From an uncultured Bacilli bacterium (lineage in GTDB: Bacteria > Bacillota_I > Bacilli_A > RF39 > UBA660): a DNA stretch of 64,000 bases. Numbering within the stretch: position 1 is the stretch's first letter; each line of letters begins with the position of its first letter. Location of the stretch: NCBI GenBank assembly GCA_934177995.1, contig CAKPPW010000004.1, forward strand, positions 5,113-69,112, written 5' to 3'. A model generated the notes under the pieces. That model made no database searches. It had not been told where the DNA came from and saw only the letters and a list, made by a program, of their open reading frames with translations. The position numbers and the translations under genes were made by a program. This document shows, piece by piece, positions 36,828 to 46,898 of this stretch.

Positions 36828-37065
36828 GATTTAGATAATATAAAAACTACTTTCAAATTAAGCTGAAGGTGTTTTTTTCATTTTATTGAATTAATTCTAA
36901 TCATTTTTTGATATTTTGTTCTTGCTTAAACTCTTTAATTAATACTTGAACTTGTCCTTATAAAACTTTAACTTTATTCTTTATAAATATTACAGGCTTT
37001 GGTATTGTAAGACTAATATTTCTAATGATATACTTTGATATGAAGAAGTATGTCTTATTGCGATA

Positions 37066-37755
37066 TTGTTGAAAAAACTAGTAGAAGAGGTGATAGAATT
37101 GTTTAACAATATAAAAAGCATTATAAGTAGTACTAATAAGAATTATATAACCATACTTGGTTTTGCTGTTACAATCTTTGTTGTATTTCTAACTTCATAT
37201 TTAACAACTAAAACTAATAAAAAGAATACAACAAATGATTATTTTAAGAAAGAAGGAATTGCTAATCAAAGGGAAATATTGGATTTTTGGAGTAATTTGT
37301 TAATTTACAATGATTATAAAATACCTGTAGCTGTTTATAAAAAAGCTGCTAAATTAGAAAAAAACTTAAGTTTAGAAGATACTATAAAAATAATTCAACA
37401 AGAAAGTATTATTTATTCATCAAAAGAAACCAATGCTGCACTTGCAACATATCTTCAATTTTCTTACAAAAAAGATAACAGTGATAGTAAGGCTTTATCA
37501 AATACTCTATTAAAGAAAATTAGAAATGTTCAAATAATAATTCTTGTATTACGGATAGTTAAACGCATGAAATATGATTTTACAGGTGAAAAAATAGATA
37601 CTCTAGATTTACTAAAAATAAGAATAAAGGATTTAAATATTAAAAAGAAAATACTAGCACGATATTTTATTATTTATTATTTTATCAAGGAACGGTTCCT
37701 CAAATTGCTTTCATTAGCATTAATTATAACATTAGTGTTAATATTTTTAAGTTGA
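37066..37755 (+). CDS. Hypothetical membrane protein (229 aa)
   Basis: ORF with TTG start and N- and C-terminal hydrophobic helices. Confidence 0.4.
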   Translation: MLKKLVEEVIELFNNIKSIISSTNKNYITILGFAVTIFVVFLTSYLTTKTNKKNTTNDYFKKEGIANQREILDFWSNLLIYNDYKIPVAVYKKAAKLEKNLSLEDTIKIIQQESIIYSSKETNAALATYLQFSYKKDNSDSKALSNTLLKKIRNVQIIILVLRIVKRMKYDFTGEKIDTLDLLKIRIKDLNIKKKILARYFIIYYFIKERFLKLLSLALIITLVLIFLS

Positions 37756-37756
37756 C

Positions 37757-38656
37757 TTACTTTGTATTTAAACTTTTTGTTATCATTTCTATTAATTTTT
37801 TGACGCTGTAATTAGGCGTTTTTTTGTCTATAGTAGCAATACCAATAAATCTTTTAGGTATTTTAGGTGCTACTTCTATTTCATATAATAAATTACTTTC
37901 TAACTCTGTTTTTATAAATTCTTTTGTGGCATAGCCAATACCAAACCCCGCTTTAACTAGGTCCATAATCAAGTTATAACTTACAACCTCTAGGTGGGGA
38001 GTTAAATTTATATTATTTTCTCTTAAATAATTGTTAAGATATGTTCTTGTATTTGAAGGCAATTTTTGAAAAATTAATGGAAAGGAGTCTAAATTTTTTA
38101 ATTTTATCTTACCCTTTGTTAAATCATAATATTTTTTGTTACCTACGAAAGTATCTTGCACATCAGTTAATGGAATTATTTTTAAATCTTTATCTTCATT
38201 CATTGGCATGTTTAAAAATAATATATCGAGGTTTCCATTTCTTAAATCTTTGATTAAATTATTTGTAAGATTGTTTACTATTTGGATATCAATTTTTGGA
38301 TATGCTTCGTGAAATTTTTCAAGATAAGGCATTACGACATGTCTACATACAGTGGTTGAAACACCAATTCTAATAATACCACTATCTAAATTTTTTAAGT
38401 TTGATAATGCATTTTCACCATTACTGATACTTTCAATACCAGTTTTTACGTATTCAAATAATACTTTTCCTTCATCAGTTAATATCATTCCATGTTTTGT
38501 TCTAGTAAATAGGCTAACACCAAGTTGATTTTCTAATTTCTTAATTTGAAAAGTAATGGCTGGCTGAGAAATAAAAAGTACGTCAGCCGCAGCAGAAATA
38601 CTTCCATTTTTAGCAACAACATAGAAAATACGATACAAGTCTAGATTAATATTCAT
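37757..38656 (-). CDS. LysR-family transcriptional regulator
   Basis: N-terminal HTH LYRIFYVVAKNGSISAAADVLFISQPAITFQIKKLENQLGVSLF followed by a LysR substrate-binding domain. Confidence 0.9.
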   Translation of the reverse strand: MNINLDLYRIFYVVAKNGSISAAADVLFISQPAITFQIKKLENQLGVSLFTRTKHGMILTDEGKVLFEYVKTGIESISNGENALSNLKNLDSGIIRIGVSTTVCRHVVMPYLEKFHEAYPKIDIQIVNNLTNNLIKDLRNGNLDILFLNMPMNEDKDLKIIPLTDVQDTFVGNKKYYDLTKGKIKLKNLDSFPLIFQKLPSNTRTYLNNYLRENNINLTPHLEVVSYNLIMDLVKAGFGIGYATKEFIKTELESNLLYEIEVAPKIPKRFIGIATIDKKTPNYSVKKLIEMITKSLNTK

Positions 38657-38745
38657 AATATAAACACCTCTTATAGTTAATATAAATAATATATATTATA
38701 TTTATATCATGCTTTTTAGTATAATTCAATTAGGGAGATGAAATT

Positions 38746-39222
38746 ATGATTGAATTAGAAGAAGTAGAAAAAGGATTTGAACTTTATGAAAAAGTTAAAA
38801 GTATTATTCTTGCTAAAAAAGATAATAAAAGCTTTAAATATGATTATCATCAACATCATTTATATGAAGAAGATGAATATCCTGGAATAAGTGAAAATTA
38901 TTATAATGAGGAAGGCAGTGTGGAATTTGAAAATGTTTCTGGTAAAACTATAAGATTAGAAATTCGTCGTTGGCATTTTCATATGCATAATGGTTACAGT
39001 AGACTATCTGGTTTTCCTTGCCTTAGAGCAAACATATATGAGATATCTAATGAAGAAGAGAATGTTTTATGGTGTTTGAAAGAAGAGGCTTGGAGATTTG
39101 GTTACAAAATAGTAGTATCTGATTTAGAAATTCCCTATGAGATTCTAGAGGAAAAGAATAATAGTCAAATAAAAGATATAAAATCCACTACTGATATTAG
39201 TAAAAAACTCGTTCTTAAATAG
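38746..39222 (+). CDS. Hypothetical protein (158 aa)
   Basis: ORF divergent from the LysR gene. GGGAG RBS. Confidence 0.5.
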   Translation: MIELEEVEKGFELYEKVKSIILAKKDNKSFKYDYHQHHLYEEDEYPGISENYYNEEGSVEFENVSGKTIRLEIRRWHFHMHNGYSRLSGFPCLRANIYEISNEEENVLWCLKEEAWRFGYKIVVSDLEIPYEILEEKNNSQIKDIKSTTDISKKLVLK

Positions 39223-39310
39223 AATATGTGTAACACTACTTGAATAATATTATTGAACTATAAAATAGATTGTGTTATTATAGCCTTAAATTTTGTAGGG
39301 AGATGATTAT

Positions 39311-39946
39311 ATGAAATTTGTAGTAGATAAAGACCTAGTCAAAGAAACAATTCAAAATTATACAACCTCTGATAATAAAATAATTATTACTTTTTTTGAC
39401 GGTTCAACTTATGAACTACCTTTAACAGAATATAATGAAAAAAGAATATTAAATGAAATGGTTAAACAAACACAAGATATAGCGGAAATAGGGTATCAAG
39501 CAAATGCTATAATTTGCCAAAAATAAGAAAAGAAGCGCAAGATATTATTATTTACTCTTACATGTGCAGTAGTTACTTTGGCGGATGTTGCAGGCTTTTC
39601 TACTGATACCCTAGAGAATATAAGACCTGCTTTGATTGCTTTAGGTAGTGCTTCTATTTTTGGTGTTACAATTGGTAGCCTAAAGTATAAAATTCAAAAT
39701 GACAAAATTGAAGAAGTGAGGAAATATGCCATGTATTTATCAATTAGGGAAAGATTAGAAAATATATATGATTATAATTTATTTAATGGGATAAAAGAAC
39801 CAAAATTACCATTAAATATAAATACTTTGGATAATTATTCTTTATATGATATAAAAAGAATTAGTAATAATTTAGAAAAATGTGAAAAGTATTCTTTTGG
39901 TAAAAATAATAGTAATAAAATGCTAGTTAAGAAAATGGGACAGTAA
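39311..39946 (+). pseudogene. Hypothetical membrane protein interrupted by an in-frame TAA (39524..39526)
   Basis: ORFs 39311..39526 and 39578..39946 are in the same frame. The 51 nt between them are open and encode EKKRKILLFTLTCAVVTLADVAGF, a TM-like helix, which would be lost if the second ORF really started at its TTG. Confidence 0.45.
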
Positions 39947-40039
39947 TCTTTCTTTTTTACATTATAGTTTCGTTTTATATAAAATAGTGATGTTTAATTA
40001 CAAACTATGATAAAATGGTAAATATGAGAGGGGAAAACT

Positions 40040-41032
40040 ATGAAACAAGAAAACGAATTAGTTCAAAGAATAGAAAGTCATTATGTAGGTGAAGATTGTA
40101 TTCAGGTAATGGCACCATATAAAAATCAAATTGCTATCTTCAATAAAGATGGACTTACATTTTTTCATAATGTAAGTTCACATGCTATGATTAATAAATA
40201 TTTAGAAGATGAAAGAAGAAAAAACTTTCCATATTCTAATATTCCAACATATCAATCAATAAAGTTTTCACGTGGTAAAATTAATTTTACTAATCAAATT
40301 TTTGATTTTGAGACTCCTTATATTAGAATGGTCGATGGTCATCTTATTGAAAGCTTTGCGGTTAGAGATAATAATCAAGCTTTACTTATTAACAGGCTTT
40401 TAACTGGCTCTAAGAAAACTAGTTATGTAACAAGAGATGAACTTGAAAAATTATATAAAAAATCTGAAAATAGATTTATTTTATATTTAGAAGATTTAAA
40501 ACATTTTGACCAGAAAATATCAGATAATGCAGATTTTCAGTTACTTTTTGATGAAACTAAAATACTTGATTATATTGAAAGACAGGTTGTTGAGGTGACG
40601 GCCGAATTTAGAAAATATATAGGAAAAAATCCAAATTCGACAGTAGGAAGTTATTTATTAAATCATCCAATTTTTTTGGACTTTGTAGAGCAAAGTACTA
40701 AGAATTTCGATATAAATGGTATGAAGTTTGAGATACCTTTAATAAATGCTGATGCTATAATTGTAGAAAGTAATAATGATGACATGTCAATACAGTATGT
40801 TGAAACTAGTTTTATTAATGCTGATAATTATAAAGTTGATAGTACTAATATTCCTATTAATAAATATACTTTAGAACAATTAAAGTATTTATCTCCAATA
40901 ATACTTAAAACTAAAGAACCAAGAATACCACTTAGATTGAATCCTGGGGTAGATAAAGAAGACATTAAAAAAGCTAAACAAATGATTAAAGCATACAAGA
41001 ATAATAGAAATATGAAAACTGACGTATTATGA
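40040..41032 (+). CDS. Hypothetical protein (330 aa)
   Basis: ORF with a GAGGGG RBS. No motif recognised. Confidence 0.55.
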   Translation: MKQENELVQRIESHYVGEDCIQVMAPYKNQIAIFNKDGLTFFHNVSSHAMINKYLEDERRKNFPYSNIPTYQSIKFSRGKINFTNQIFDFETPYIRMVDGHLIESFAVRDNNQALLINRLLTGSKKTSYVTRDELEKLYKKSENRFILYLEDLKHFDQKISDNADFQLLFDETKILDYIERQVVEVTAEFRKYIGKNPNSTVGSYLLNHPIFLDFVEQSTKNFDINGMKFEIPLINADAIIVESNNDDMSIQYVETSFINADNYKVDSTNIPINKYTLEQLKYLSPIILKTKEPRIPLRLNPGVDKEDIKKAKQMIKAYKNNRNMKTDVL

Positions 41033-41145
41033 AACACTTAGGAAATTAAAAATGTCTTACAAACAATTATTTAAGTACTTATAAGCATTGTTATATCGAT
41101 TAAGTATTAATTTTTATTTTTGGTAAAAAATTTAGGGGGATAAAA

Positions 41146-41820
41146 ATGCAAGAAAAGGAATGGAAAATATACTGTGAAAAATCAGATGCCTTATTAATAG
41201 AAGGGTTGGAGAAGGGGCTTATAAGTCTTTATGATAATAAATTGATAGAAAAACTGCGTAATATATATTATGGTGGTGTTCCTGCTTCAATAATTTTGCT
41301 ATCTGATGCTATGACAAATGGATATTGTTATGATAGAGCTTTCTTGCTAGCTCGAGCATTTCTAGATACAGATGATGATATTAACTTGATTTATGCAACG
41401 GTAGATAGTTTAAGACTTAATCCTGAATACATTTGTGATGATTCTTTATATGCCGATCACTGTATCGTTTCACGAACGACTAAAGATGGAAAATGCCTAA
41501 TTTATGATACTTCAACAGGACTTGCTTATGATAAAGAAATGTATTGGCTGATAGAAAATCCTAAAATTAGAAAAATAGATAATAAAGAATCTATTAGAAA
41601 ATTCTTGTTAGAAGAAGAAAAAATAAATCCAAATTGTACCAAAAGTGATAAATATGTGGCAGAAATAATTTTACCTATGCTTGAGGTGAAAGCCTTGCAA
41701 GAAGACGAGATGTACTCGGCTAAAGGAATAAAACTATTGCAAAGAGAAATAGAACACTATAAACAAGAGATCGGTTATACTACAAAAAATAAGTTGCTTA
41801 TCAAAACTGATAAAAATTAA
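41146..41820 (+). CDS. Hypothetical protein (224 aa) with a candidate Cys-His-Asp arrangement
   Basis: ORF with a GGGGGA RBS. Ordered motifs TNGYCYDRA, YADHCIV and LIYDTS. A hairpin terminator (AAGATTA...TAATCTT plus T run) follows. Confidence 0.5.
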   Translation: MQEKEWKIYCEKSDALLIEGLEKGLISLYDNKLIEKLRNIYYGGVPASIILLSDAMTNGYCYDRAFLLARAFLDTDDDINLIYATVDSLRLNPEYICDDSLYADHCIVSRTTKDGKCLIYDTSTGLAYDKEMYWLIENPKIRKIDNKESIRKFLLEEEKINPNCTKSDKYVAEIILPMLEVKALQEDEMYSAKGIKLLQREIEHYKQEIGYTTKNKLLIKTDKN

Positions 41821-41918
41821 AAGATTATTTGAAAAAAAGTAATCTTTTTTACTTACGAAAAAAATTAAAATGTGATATATTGTAAAAGCTGTTAAAAAAA
41901 GCAAGAAAGAGGTGTTTT

Positions 41919-43898
41919 ATGAAAAAAGTAGATCTTGGAAAAGAAAATATTAATAAACTATTAATTTCATTTGCTATACCTTGTGTTATTAGTATGCTAA
42001 TAAATTCAGTTTATAATATTGTTGATCAAATCTTTATTGGAAAAGGAGTAGGTACATTAGGAAATGCTGCTACTAATGTTATTTTTCCTTTAGTTATTAT
42101 TTTTAATGCAGTAGCAGGACTTATTGGTAATGGAGCAGCCGCTAATTTATCATTGAAACTAGGTGAGGGTAAAAAAGAAGAAGGAGGTAAGATAGTAGGA
42201 AGTGCAGTTACTGTTTCTATAATCTTTTCTATAGTATTAAGTGTTATTGCTTATTTCTTCTTACCAAAACTAGTTTATATGTTTGGTTGTACTAAAAATG
42301 TTTATCAGTATGCGATAGATTATGGAAGAATAATCATTCTTGGAGCTCCATTTATGATAATTTATTCAGCCTTATCACAGTTAATTAGAGCGGATGGTTC
42401 ACCAAAATACTCAATGGTTTTACTAGTAGTAGGAGCTATTCTAAACATTATACTAGATCCAATTTTTATCTTTACCTTTAATATGGGAGTAAAAGGAGGA
42501 GCTATTGCTACAGTTATTGGGCAAATAGTATCATTTGTAATGGCAATACTTTATCTTAGAAAAGTAAAATCAGTAAAACTAGAAAAGGAATCATTTAAAG
42601 TAGATAAGAGTATTACAAGAACTTTAGGACTTGGCCTATCATCATTTATTACTCAATCAACAGTCCTTGCTTTATTTGTTTTCATGAATAATATGATGAC
42701 TAAGTATGGAGCATTAACTAAATATGGAGCAGATATACCATTATCAGTTTATGGAGTTATCTCTAAGATCAATAGTCTATATATTTCTACTATCTTAGGA
42801 ATATCTATTGGAGCTCAACCTATTATTGGTTTCAATTATGGAGCAGGAAATTATGAAAGAGTAAAAGAAACATTAAGAAAAGTACTAACTATAAACTTAG
42901 TAGTTGGATTAATATTCAATATTATTTTCTATCTTTTCCCTAAAGAGATAGTTAGTATCTTTATCTCAAATAGTGATCCTAATTATAATTTGTTCTTAGA
43001 GTTTGCTGTAGTAATATGTCACTCATTCTTATTAGTAATGGGACTTAACTCCTTAGAAATGACAACATCAATCGTTGTTCAATCTCTTGGAAACGTTAAG
43101 AAAGCAACAATGGTATCCTTTATAAGACAAATAATTTTATTTATTCCTATCGCTTGTTTTATGGCTATTTACTTACATAAAGGTATTTATGGAGTGTTAA
43201 ATGCAGGACCGATTGCTGACGCCATAACATTCTTTATTGCCTTAGTTATTTTCTATTCTGAATATAGAAAACTATCTATTAAAGAAAAATCTGTTAATCT
43301 AGAAGACATAAAAATTAATAATACTTATCAAGGTAAAAAGATAGTAATAACTATATCTCGTGAGTATGGTAGTGGTGGCCATTATGTAGGAGAACTACTT
43401 GCTAAGAGAATGGGTATTAACTTTTATGATAAGAATTTAATAAATCTAATTAGTGAAAAGAGTGGTTTATCTAAAGAATATGTAAAAGAAAATGATCAGA
43501 AGCTTGCATCATTCAAATACGAAGATAATAATGATGATAGAATCTTTATAGCAGAAGAAAAAGTTATAAAAGACTTAGCCAAAAAAGAGTCTTGTATTAT
43601 TGTTGGACGTTGTGCTGACTATATCTTAAAAGATAATAAAGATACAATTAAAGTATTCTTATATAGTAGTAGCAAAGATAAAGTTAAAAGAGCAGTTAAA
43701 TACTATAACTTAGAAGAAGATAAGGCTTTAAAAGAAATAAATAAGGTAAATAATGAAAGAGCAAAACATTATAAGTATTATACTAATAGAGACTGGTATG
43801 ATTTTGCTAACTATGATATAGCTCTTAATGTTGATTATTTAGGAGTAGAGAAAACGGTAGAGTTATTAGAACAAGTAATAAGAGAAGTTAGTCATTAG
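41919..43898 (+). CDS. MATE-family efflux transporter fused to a C-terminal cytidylate-kinase-like (Cytidylate_kin2 / AAA_18-type) domain
   Basis: About 450 aa of 12-TM MATE sequence (IPCVISMLINSVYNIVDQIFIGKGVG..., DGSPKYSM). From about 43320 onward the sequence reads KKIVITISREYGSGGHYVGELLAKRMGINFYDKNLI...IIVGRCADYIL, typical of stand-alone cytidylate-kinase-like proteins. Confidence 0.75.
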   Translation: MKKVDLGKENINKLLISFAIPCVISMLINSVYNIVDQIFIGKGVGTLGNAATNVIFPLVIIFNAVAGLIGNGAAANLSLKLGEGKKEEGGKIVGSAVTVSIIFSIVLSVIAYFFLPKLVYMFGCTKNVYQYAIDYGRIIILGAPFMIIYSALSQLIRADGSPKYSMVLLVVGAILNIILDPIFIFTFNMGVKGGAIATVIGQIVSFVMAILYLRKVKSVKLEKESFKVDKSITRTLGLGLSSFITQSTVLALFVFMNNMMTKYGALTKYGADIPLSVYGVISKINSLYISTILGISIGAQPIIGFNYGAGNYERVKETLRKVLTINLVVGLIFNIIFYLFPKEIVSIFISNSDPNYNLFLEFAVVICHSFLLVMGLNSLEMTTSIVVQSLGNVKKATMVSFIRQIILFIPIACFMAIYLHKGIYGVLNAGPIADAITFFIALVIFYSEYRKLSIKEKSVNLEDIKINNTYQGKKIVITISREYGSGGHYVGELLAKRMGINFYDKNLINLISEKSGLSKEYVKENDQKLASFKYEDNNDDRIFIAEEKVIKDLAKKESCIIVGRCADYILKDNKDTIKVFLYSSSKDKVKRAVKYYNLEEDKALKEINKVNNERAKHYKYYTNRDWYDFANYDIALNVDYLGVEKTVELLEQVIREVSH

Positions 43899-43958
43899 TG
43901 ATTAACTTTTTTTCTATAAAAGTAAAAAGTATAGTATAATTAATAATGTGAGGTAGAT

Positions 43959-44543
43959 ATGAAGGATGAAGTTTTATATAAAATATCAAGACCAGTAATT
44001 AAAGTACTATTTAATTTCTTTTATAGACCAACTTATATAGGAAGAGAAAATATCCCTTCTAGTGGTAGTTTTGTTTTAGCAGGTAATCATACAAGTTATC
44101 TAGATCCATTACTGTTAATGTCATCTTATAAAAGAACTATTCACTTTCTAGCAAAAGATAGTTTAATAAAAGGAGTTAAAGGATTAATCTTTAAACATAT
44201 GGGTATAATTCCTGTTAATAGAAAGATTCATGATAAAGATGCTTTAAGTGAAGCTAAAAGAGCATTAAGTAATAATCAAGTAATAGGTATATTTCCAGAA
44301 GGGACTATTAATAGAACAAAAGATGTGACTCTTCCTTTTAAAATAGGAGCCGTTAAAATGGCGAAAGATACAGATTCTTTACTAGTACCTTTTACGATAA
44401 CTAATAAATATAAACTATTTAGAAAAAGTGTCACTATTGAGTTTTATAAACCATATAAAGTAGTAGATAATCTAGATATAGAAAATAATAAATTAAGAAG
44501 TTTTATTAGTAGTGAACTTAAAAGAAAGAAGGTTAACAATTGA
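43959..44543 (+). CDS. LPLAT/PlsC-family acyltransferase
   Basis: Contains AGNHTSYLDP (HX4D), FPEGT and IPF/VPF blocks. Confidence 0.8.
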   Translation: MKDEVLYKISRPVIKVLFNFFYRPTYIGRENIPSSGSFVLAGNHTSYLDPLLLMSSYKRTIHFLAKDSLIKGVKGLIFKHMGIIPVNRKIHDKDALSEAKRALSNNQVIGIFPEGTINRTKDVTLPFKIGAVKMAKDTDSLLVPFTITNKYKLFRKSVTIEFYKPYKVVDNLDIENNKLRSFISSELKRKKVNN

Positions 44544-46309
44544 GTATATTAGATATGAAGTTTTTTAGATTTTTAGGATTTAAGAAGAAGCCTAAGGCTC
44601 CTTGGAGTAAATACTATAAGAAAGGGGATATGAATCTTTATATACCAGATATATCTTTGTATGATAATTTTAAAAGAAATATGAAGAAGTATCCTAATAA
44701 TAATGCTTTTGATTATTTTGGAAAGAAGACTACTTATAGAGATTTATTAAGAGAAGTTGATTTATGTGCTAATTCTTTCTTAAGTTATGGAATAAGAAAG
44801 AATGATGTAGTAACTATTTGTATGCCTAATACTCCAGAAGGGGTTATTTCTTTTCTAGCTTTAAATAAGATAGGAGCTATATCTAATATGCTTCATCCTT
44901 TAGCTAGTGAGAATGAAATAAGGGATGATTTAATTAATACAGGATCAGTTATGATGGTTTTAATTGATATGGATTATGATAAGTTAAAGAATGTGATTGA
45001 AGAGACAGATGTTTATAAGATAATACTAGTAAGACCAAGTGACTCGATGCCATTCTTAACTAAAGTTGGATATAATCTATCAATAGGGTTAAAAACTAAA
45101 TTACCTAAGAATAACAGTAAATATGTTTATTGGGATCAGTTTATGAATAGTGGTAAGAATTATAAGAGTGATTATCATTTTCTAGGCAGAAAAAACTCTC
45201 CAGCGGTTATGCTTCATAGTGGTGGATCTACTGGTAGTCCTAAGGCGATTGTTTTATCAAATGGTAATTTTATTGCTCTAACTGAACAAGCAAAGATTGT
45301 CTTTGATGAGTTAGAAGTAGGGGACAAATGTTTATCAATAATGCCTATTTTTCATGGCTTTGGTTTAGGCGTATGTGTTTATGCACCATTATGTGTAGGA
45401 GCAGAATGTATTTTAATTCCCCAGTTTAAAGCCCAAGAGTTTGATAAGATTTTAATGAAGCATAGACCAGAATTTGTAATTGGTGTTCCTACTTTATTTG
45501 AAGCAATGATGAAAAGTGAAAGACAAGATAGGATTAAACTTAATTATATAAAATATATTATATCTGGTGGTGACACCTTAAGTCTTAGTCTAGAAAAAAG
45601 AATAAATAAATACTTAAGTGAACATGGAGCAAGTACTAGAATAGTGCAAGGTTATGGAATGAGTGAATGTTTAGCAGCTGTTTGTCTAGGATTTAAAAAC
45701 ATCTTAGAATATGGTTCAATTGGTATTCCTTTTCCAGGATGTTATATTGGTATATTTAATGATTCAGATATCGAAGTACCATATGGTAGTGAGGGAGAAA
45801 TTTGTATCAGTGGACCTAATGTCATGCTAGGATACTATAATAACGAGAAAGAGACTAATGGAGCTCTTCATATTCATGATGATGGTAATGTCTGGCTTCA
45901 TTCTGGTGACTTAGGAGTAATGGATAAAAATGGTTTTATAAAGTATACCGGTCGTTTAAAAAGACTAATAGTAACATCTGGTTATAATGTCTATCCAGTA
46001 CAAATAGAAGAAGTATTAGAGAAACATCCAGCAGTTATGCTATCTAGTGTGGTAGGTATTCCGCATCCTTATAAACAAGAAGTACCGAAAGCGTTTATTG
46101 TTTTAAATAAAGGATATAGAGAAACTGAGGAACTAGTTAAAGAATTAAAAGAACTTTGTAGTAAAAACTTACCAAGATATGCCAAAGTATATGAATATGA
46201 GTTTAGAAAGTCACTACCTAGAACAATGGTAGGTAAAGTTGATTTTAGAAAACTACAAGAAGAAAACAATAAACTAAGGAGGGAAGAACGTGGGAAAGAA
46301 AAGATTTAA
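44540..46309 (+). CDS. AMP-dependent long-chain fatty acid ligase (acyl-CoA or acyl-ACP synthetase)
   Basis: AMP-binding motifs MLHSGGSTGSPKA, QGYGMSE, SGDLG and the C-terminal LPRTMVGKV. Confidence 0.85.
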   Translation: MSILDMKFFRFLGFKKKPKAPWSKYYKKGDMNLYIPDISLYDNFKRNMKKYPNNNAFDYFGKKTTYRDLLREVDLCANSFLSYGIRKNDVVTICMPNTPEGVISFLALNKIGAISNMLHPLASENEIRDDLINTGSVMMVLIDMDYDKLKNVIEETDVYKIILVRPSDSMPFLTKVGYNLSIGLKTKLPKNNSKYVYWDQFMNSGKNYKSDYHFLGRKNSPAVMLHSGGSTGSPKAIVLSNGNFIALTEQAKIVFDELEVGDKCLSIMPIFHGFGLGVCVYAPLCVGAECILIPQFKAQEFDKILMKHRPEFVIGVPTLFEAMMKSERQDRIKLNYIKYIISGGDTLSLSLEKRINKYLSEHGASTRIVQGYGMSECLAAVCLGFKNILEYGSIGIPFPGCYIGIFNDSDIEVPYGSEGEICISGPNVMLGYYNNEKETNGALHIHDDGNVWLHSGDLGVMDKNGFIKYTGRLKRLIVTSGYNVYPVQIEEVLEKHPAVMLSSVVGIPHPYKQEVPKAFIVLNKGYRETEELVKELKELCSKNLPRYAKVYEYEFRKSLPRTMVGKVDFRKLQEENNKLRREERGKEKI

Positions 46310-46898
46310 AGGAGAGATAGGTTACTCATTATTAACACCTATTATGCGAGTACTATTTAGTCTTTATTATAATCCTAAGATAATTAATAAAGAAGTAATA
46401 CCGAAAGAAGGACCTATCTTAATAGTAGGTAACCATAAACATATTTATGATCAATGTCTAACGATAATGGCTACTAAAAGAGTAATCCACTATATGGCTA
46501 AGAAAGAATACTTTGACGGTAAAATGGCTTGGTTTTTCAAACTAGTTGGTTGTATTCCGGTTGATAGGAGTATAAAAGATCATAATGCTACTGATAAAGC
46601 TTTAAAAGTATTAAATAGTGGAGGAGCTATAGGATTATTCCCTGAAGGAACTAGAAATAAAACAAAAGATGTTTTCTTGCTACCATTTAAGTTTGGAACG
46701 GTATCCATGGCTAAAAAGACTAATGCTACTATCATCCCTTTCGGACTTACTGGAGACTATAAATTTAGAAGTAAAAACTTAACTATTAGATATGGTACTC
46801 CTTTTAAAGTAGGAGATATGGATTTAGAAGATGCTAATAAGAAGTTATATGAAGAAGTAGAAAAACTAATGCGGGAAAATTTAAAAGAAAATGAATAA
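46290..46898 (+). CDS. LPLAT/PlsC-family acyltransferase (second copy)
   Basis: Contains VGNHKHIYDQ (HX4D) and FPEGTRN. GTG start 7 nt after AGGAGG. It overlaps the ligase 3' end by 20 nt. Confidence 0.8.
   Translation: MGKKRFKGEIGYSLLTPIMRVLFSLYYNPKIINKEVIPKEGPILIVGNHKHIYDQCLTIMATKRVIHYMAKKEYFDGKMAWFFKLVGCIPVDRSIKDHNATDKALKVLNSGGAIGLFPEGTRNKTKDVFLLPFKFGTVSMAKKTNATIIPFGLTGDYKFRSKNLTIRYGTPFKVGDMDLEDANKKLYEEVEKLMRENLKENE

Noticed and set aside
35647-37030. Identical 15-mer ATATTTCTAATGATA at 35647..35661 and 37016..37030, flanking the DUF11-like gene, the orphan gene and tRNA-Thr; considered as att-like direct repeats of an inserted element
   Set aside because: A single 15-nt AT-rich match is within chance expectation for a 64-kb AT-rich window. 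No integrase or recombinase lies between the copies, and the repeat does not overlap the tRNA 3' end.
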